A DNA stretch of 28,483 nt from positions 1 through 28,483 of the forward strand of contig CAYQCW010000004.1 in assembly GCA_964416155.1 (NCBI GenBank), read 5' to 3'. Positions within the stretch are counted from its first letter, which is position 1, and every line of letters begins with the position of its first letter. Source of the DNA: an uncultured Nitrososphaerota archaeon (lineage in GTDB: Archaea > Thermoproteota > EX4484-205 > JAAOZP01). Positions 27,184 to 28,483 of this stretch are shown here, in pieces. Below the pieces are notes generated by a model. It was not told the DNA's origin. It was given only the letters and a program-made list of their open reading frames with translations, and did not search any database. Made by a program: the position numbers and the translations under genes.

Positions 27184-27520
27184 TCAAATCTTGGAGAGTA
27201 GGCTTGAACAATTCTCCATCCTTATCATGCTTCCCCCTGAACCAGCCAGGTCATCCAGCAGAGCTCAACCGGCCTGTATCCGCAGCTTAACGCAACCTGC
27301 TCAACCATCTTTATGAATTTTAAATCATCCTCAACAGGCTGGAAGTCGGCTTCAGCCAGAATCATGTTAACACTCTTTTAACAATCTTGTCGGGCATAAC
27401 AGTTTCTACTTCACCCATCATCCGCAAGTATTGGAAAGTAACTAGGCCGACTCCCTTAATCCTTCCAACAGGATCCTGCCTCCATTTCTCCAGGCTAGCG
27501 TTCCAAGCCCTGTTTCTCCA
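27184..27520 (-). pseudogene. Truncated, frameshifted helix-hairpin-helix (HhH-GPD-like) protein gene
   Basis: ASLEKWRQDPVGRIKGVGLVTFQYLRMMGEVETVMPDKIVKRV / NMILAEADF...CGYRPVELCWMTWLVQ / MIRMENCSSLLSKI*; HhH motif IKGVG and PD; N-terminus missing. Confidence 0.7.
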
Positions 27521-27549
27521 AACAAAGCGCGGTTAAAGAATTGAATAGC

Positions 27550-28295
27550 CTAGCTTGGTAGCAGCCATTTCCATGGGGGGTGCGCTTAATTATTTCATTG
27601 TTCACCTTCAACTCGTCTTAAAAGTCCCAAGTGATCATTAACAAATCTTTGCATTTCAATTGCGCCGCAGCCTTCGTTAAGGCCTCGGTTTCCTTTCTCT
27701 CAATCTCATCTCTCCCTGAGGCGTAAGTTACTTGTATCAGCTGCTTAATCCTTAAACCATCTTTAAGGACGAGGTCAACCTCATTCTGCTGATAGTCTTT
27801 CTTTAAAGGATAACGGATACATTTCAATCGGAAGGCTTCTCCCCCTAAGCTCCGTCGGCAGTTCTTTCAATGAAAGCTTGGACGAGGACCCGGAGATAAC
27901 TATCTGGCAGTTCCCCATGTCAAGCATTCTCCTTACCCATCTGCTCCACTCTGGGATCTCATGAATCTCATCCAGCAGCAGAAACAGTTTCCGCCTCCCA
28001 TATTCCTCCTTTATAATTCTTGAAAACTCTGTAAGAACCTCTTTTCTTCTCGGAATCCGTTCGTCCTCAAAATCGATATAGACAGAGTTTTCCTTTCCGA
28101 CTTAGCCACGTTAAGAAGAAGGAAAGTTTTACCGGTTCTTCTAAAGCCTACGATTGGAATCGCCTTAACCACGTTCCAGTCAGCAAGTTTCAGCGGATCA
28201 TCCTCTCTTTCTATGATTAACGGAAAATCCCGCTCCTTCCAGTCCTTGAGCATTTCTCTTAATAATTGTCTAATAATCAGAGTAATGCGGTACAA
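27550..28295 (-). pseudogene. AAA_14 + DUF4143 archaeal ATPase, frameshifted with a large internal deletion
   Basis: IVGFRRTGKT Walker A; frameshift near 28100; YIDFEDER, LLLDEIH, ISGSSSKL, TELRGR, YPLSF joined to C-terminal KDYQQNEVDLV...IQVTY...ITWDF*...WKWLL. Confidence 0.88.
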
Positions 28296-28483
28296 AATTT
28301 AAAGTTTTTGTACTACAACATGCTTTTAAAGGACCGAGACTAAGGTTTTACATCCCCCATGAAGCCTTCTAGCGTGCGCTTAAACATTAGAACAACGCCG
28401 GTAAAACCGTGAGCAAACCATTATTCTCTGCTCGGTAGAGTAATGAGCGAAGACTGCGGCAACAGGATTAATTGAATAGAGTC

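Noticed and set aside
560-27316. Many ORF-track entries antisense to or nested in well-supported genes (e.g. 560-814, 7642-8061, 10869-11375, 13748-14341, 24578-24868, 27029-27316)
   Set aside because: Shadow ORFs of real genes or pseudogenes on the opposite strand, with no family motifs.
27500-27523. GTTCCAAGCCCTGTTTCTCCAAAC, CRISPR-repeat-like
   Set aside because: Needs a 6-nt gap and lies in the coding remnant of the HhH-like pseudogene.
1-28483. Transposases, integrases, rRNA or tRNA genes
   Set aside because: None recognised in any listed ORF or intergenic region.

Overview
Archaeal genomic DNA: BRE/TATA promoters sit about 22-25 nt upstream of many leaderless start codons, and GGTGA/GGAGG ribosome-binding sites occur inside operons. 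A TACK-type lineage (Brockarchaeota/Bathyarchaeia-like) is an inference only. Bases 1-8704 hold the leader end of a CRISPR array (30-bp repeat GTTTGCAGAATACCTATAAGGGCTTGAAAC, minus strand) and a complete, AT-richer type I-B cas operon (cas6-cas8b-cas7-cas5-cas3-cas4-cas1-cas2, minus strand). The rest is accessory and metabolic: aldo/keto reductase, AN1-zinc-finger membrane protein, flavin reductase, GDPD, DUF3227/NitrOD5-like protein, CPBP protease, an M20 hydrolase with altered metal ligands, isomerase, Gfo/Idh/MocA, cysteine synthase, an MNT-HEPN pair, an esterase and a MazG-like enzyme. Several decayed genes are missed or only partly captured by the ORF track (GNAT, two AAA_14 ATPases, HhH-like, probable MFS). 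The best candidates for undescribed biology are (i) a promoter-linked, three-hairpin, G-U-biased 5' leader RNA in front of the DUF3227-like gene (15731-15838, minus), with alternative pairings suggestive of an archaeal RNA switch, and (ii) a structured plus-strand element with a degenerate CRISPR-repeat-like core upstream of cas6 (9263-9336). Both are unverified predictions from manual folding.
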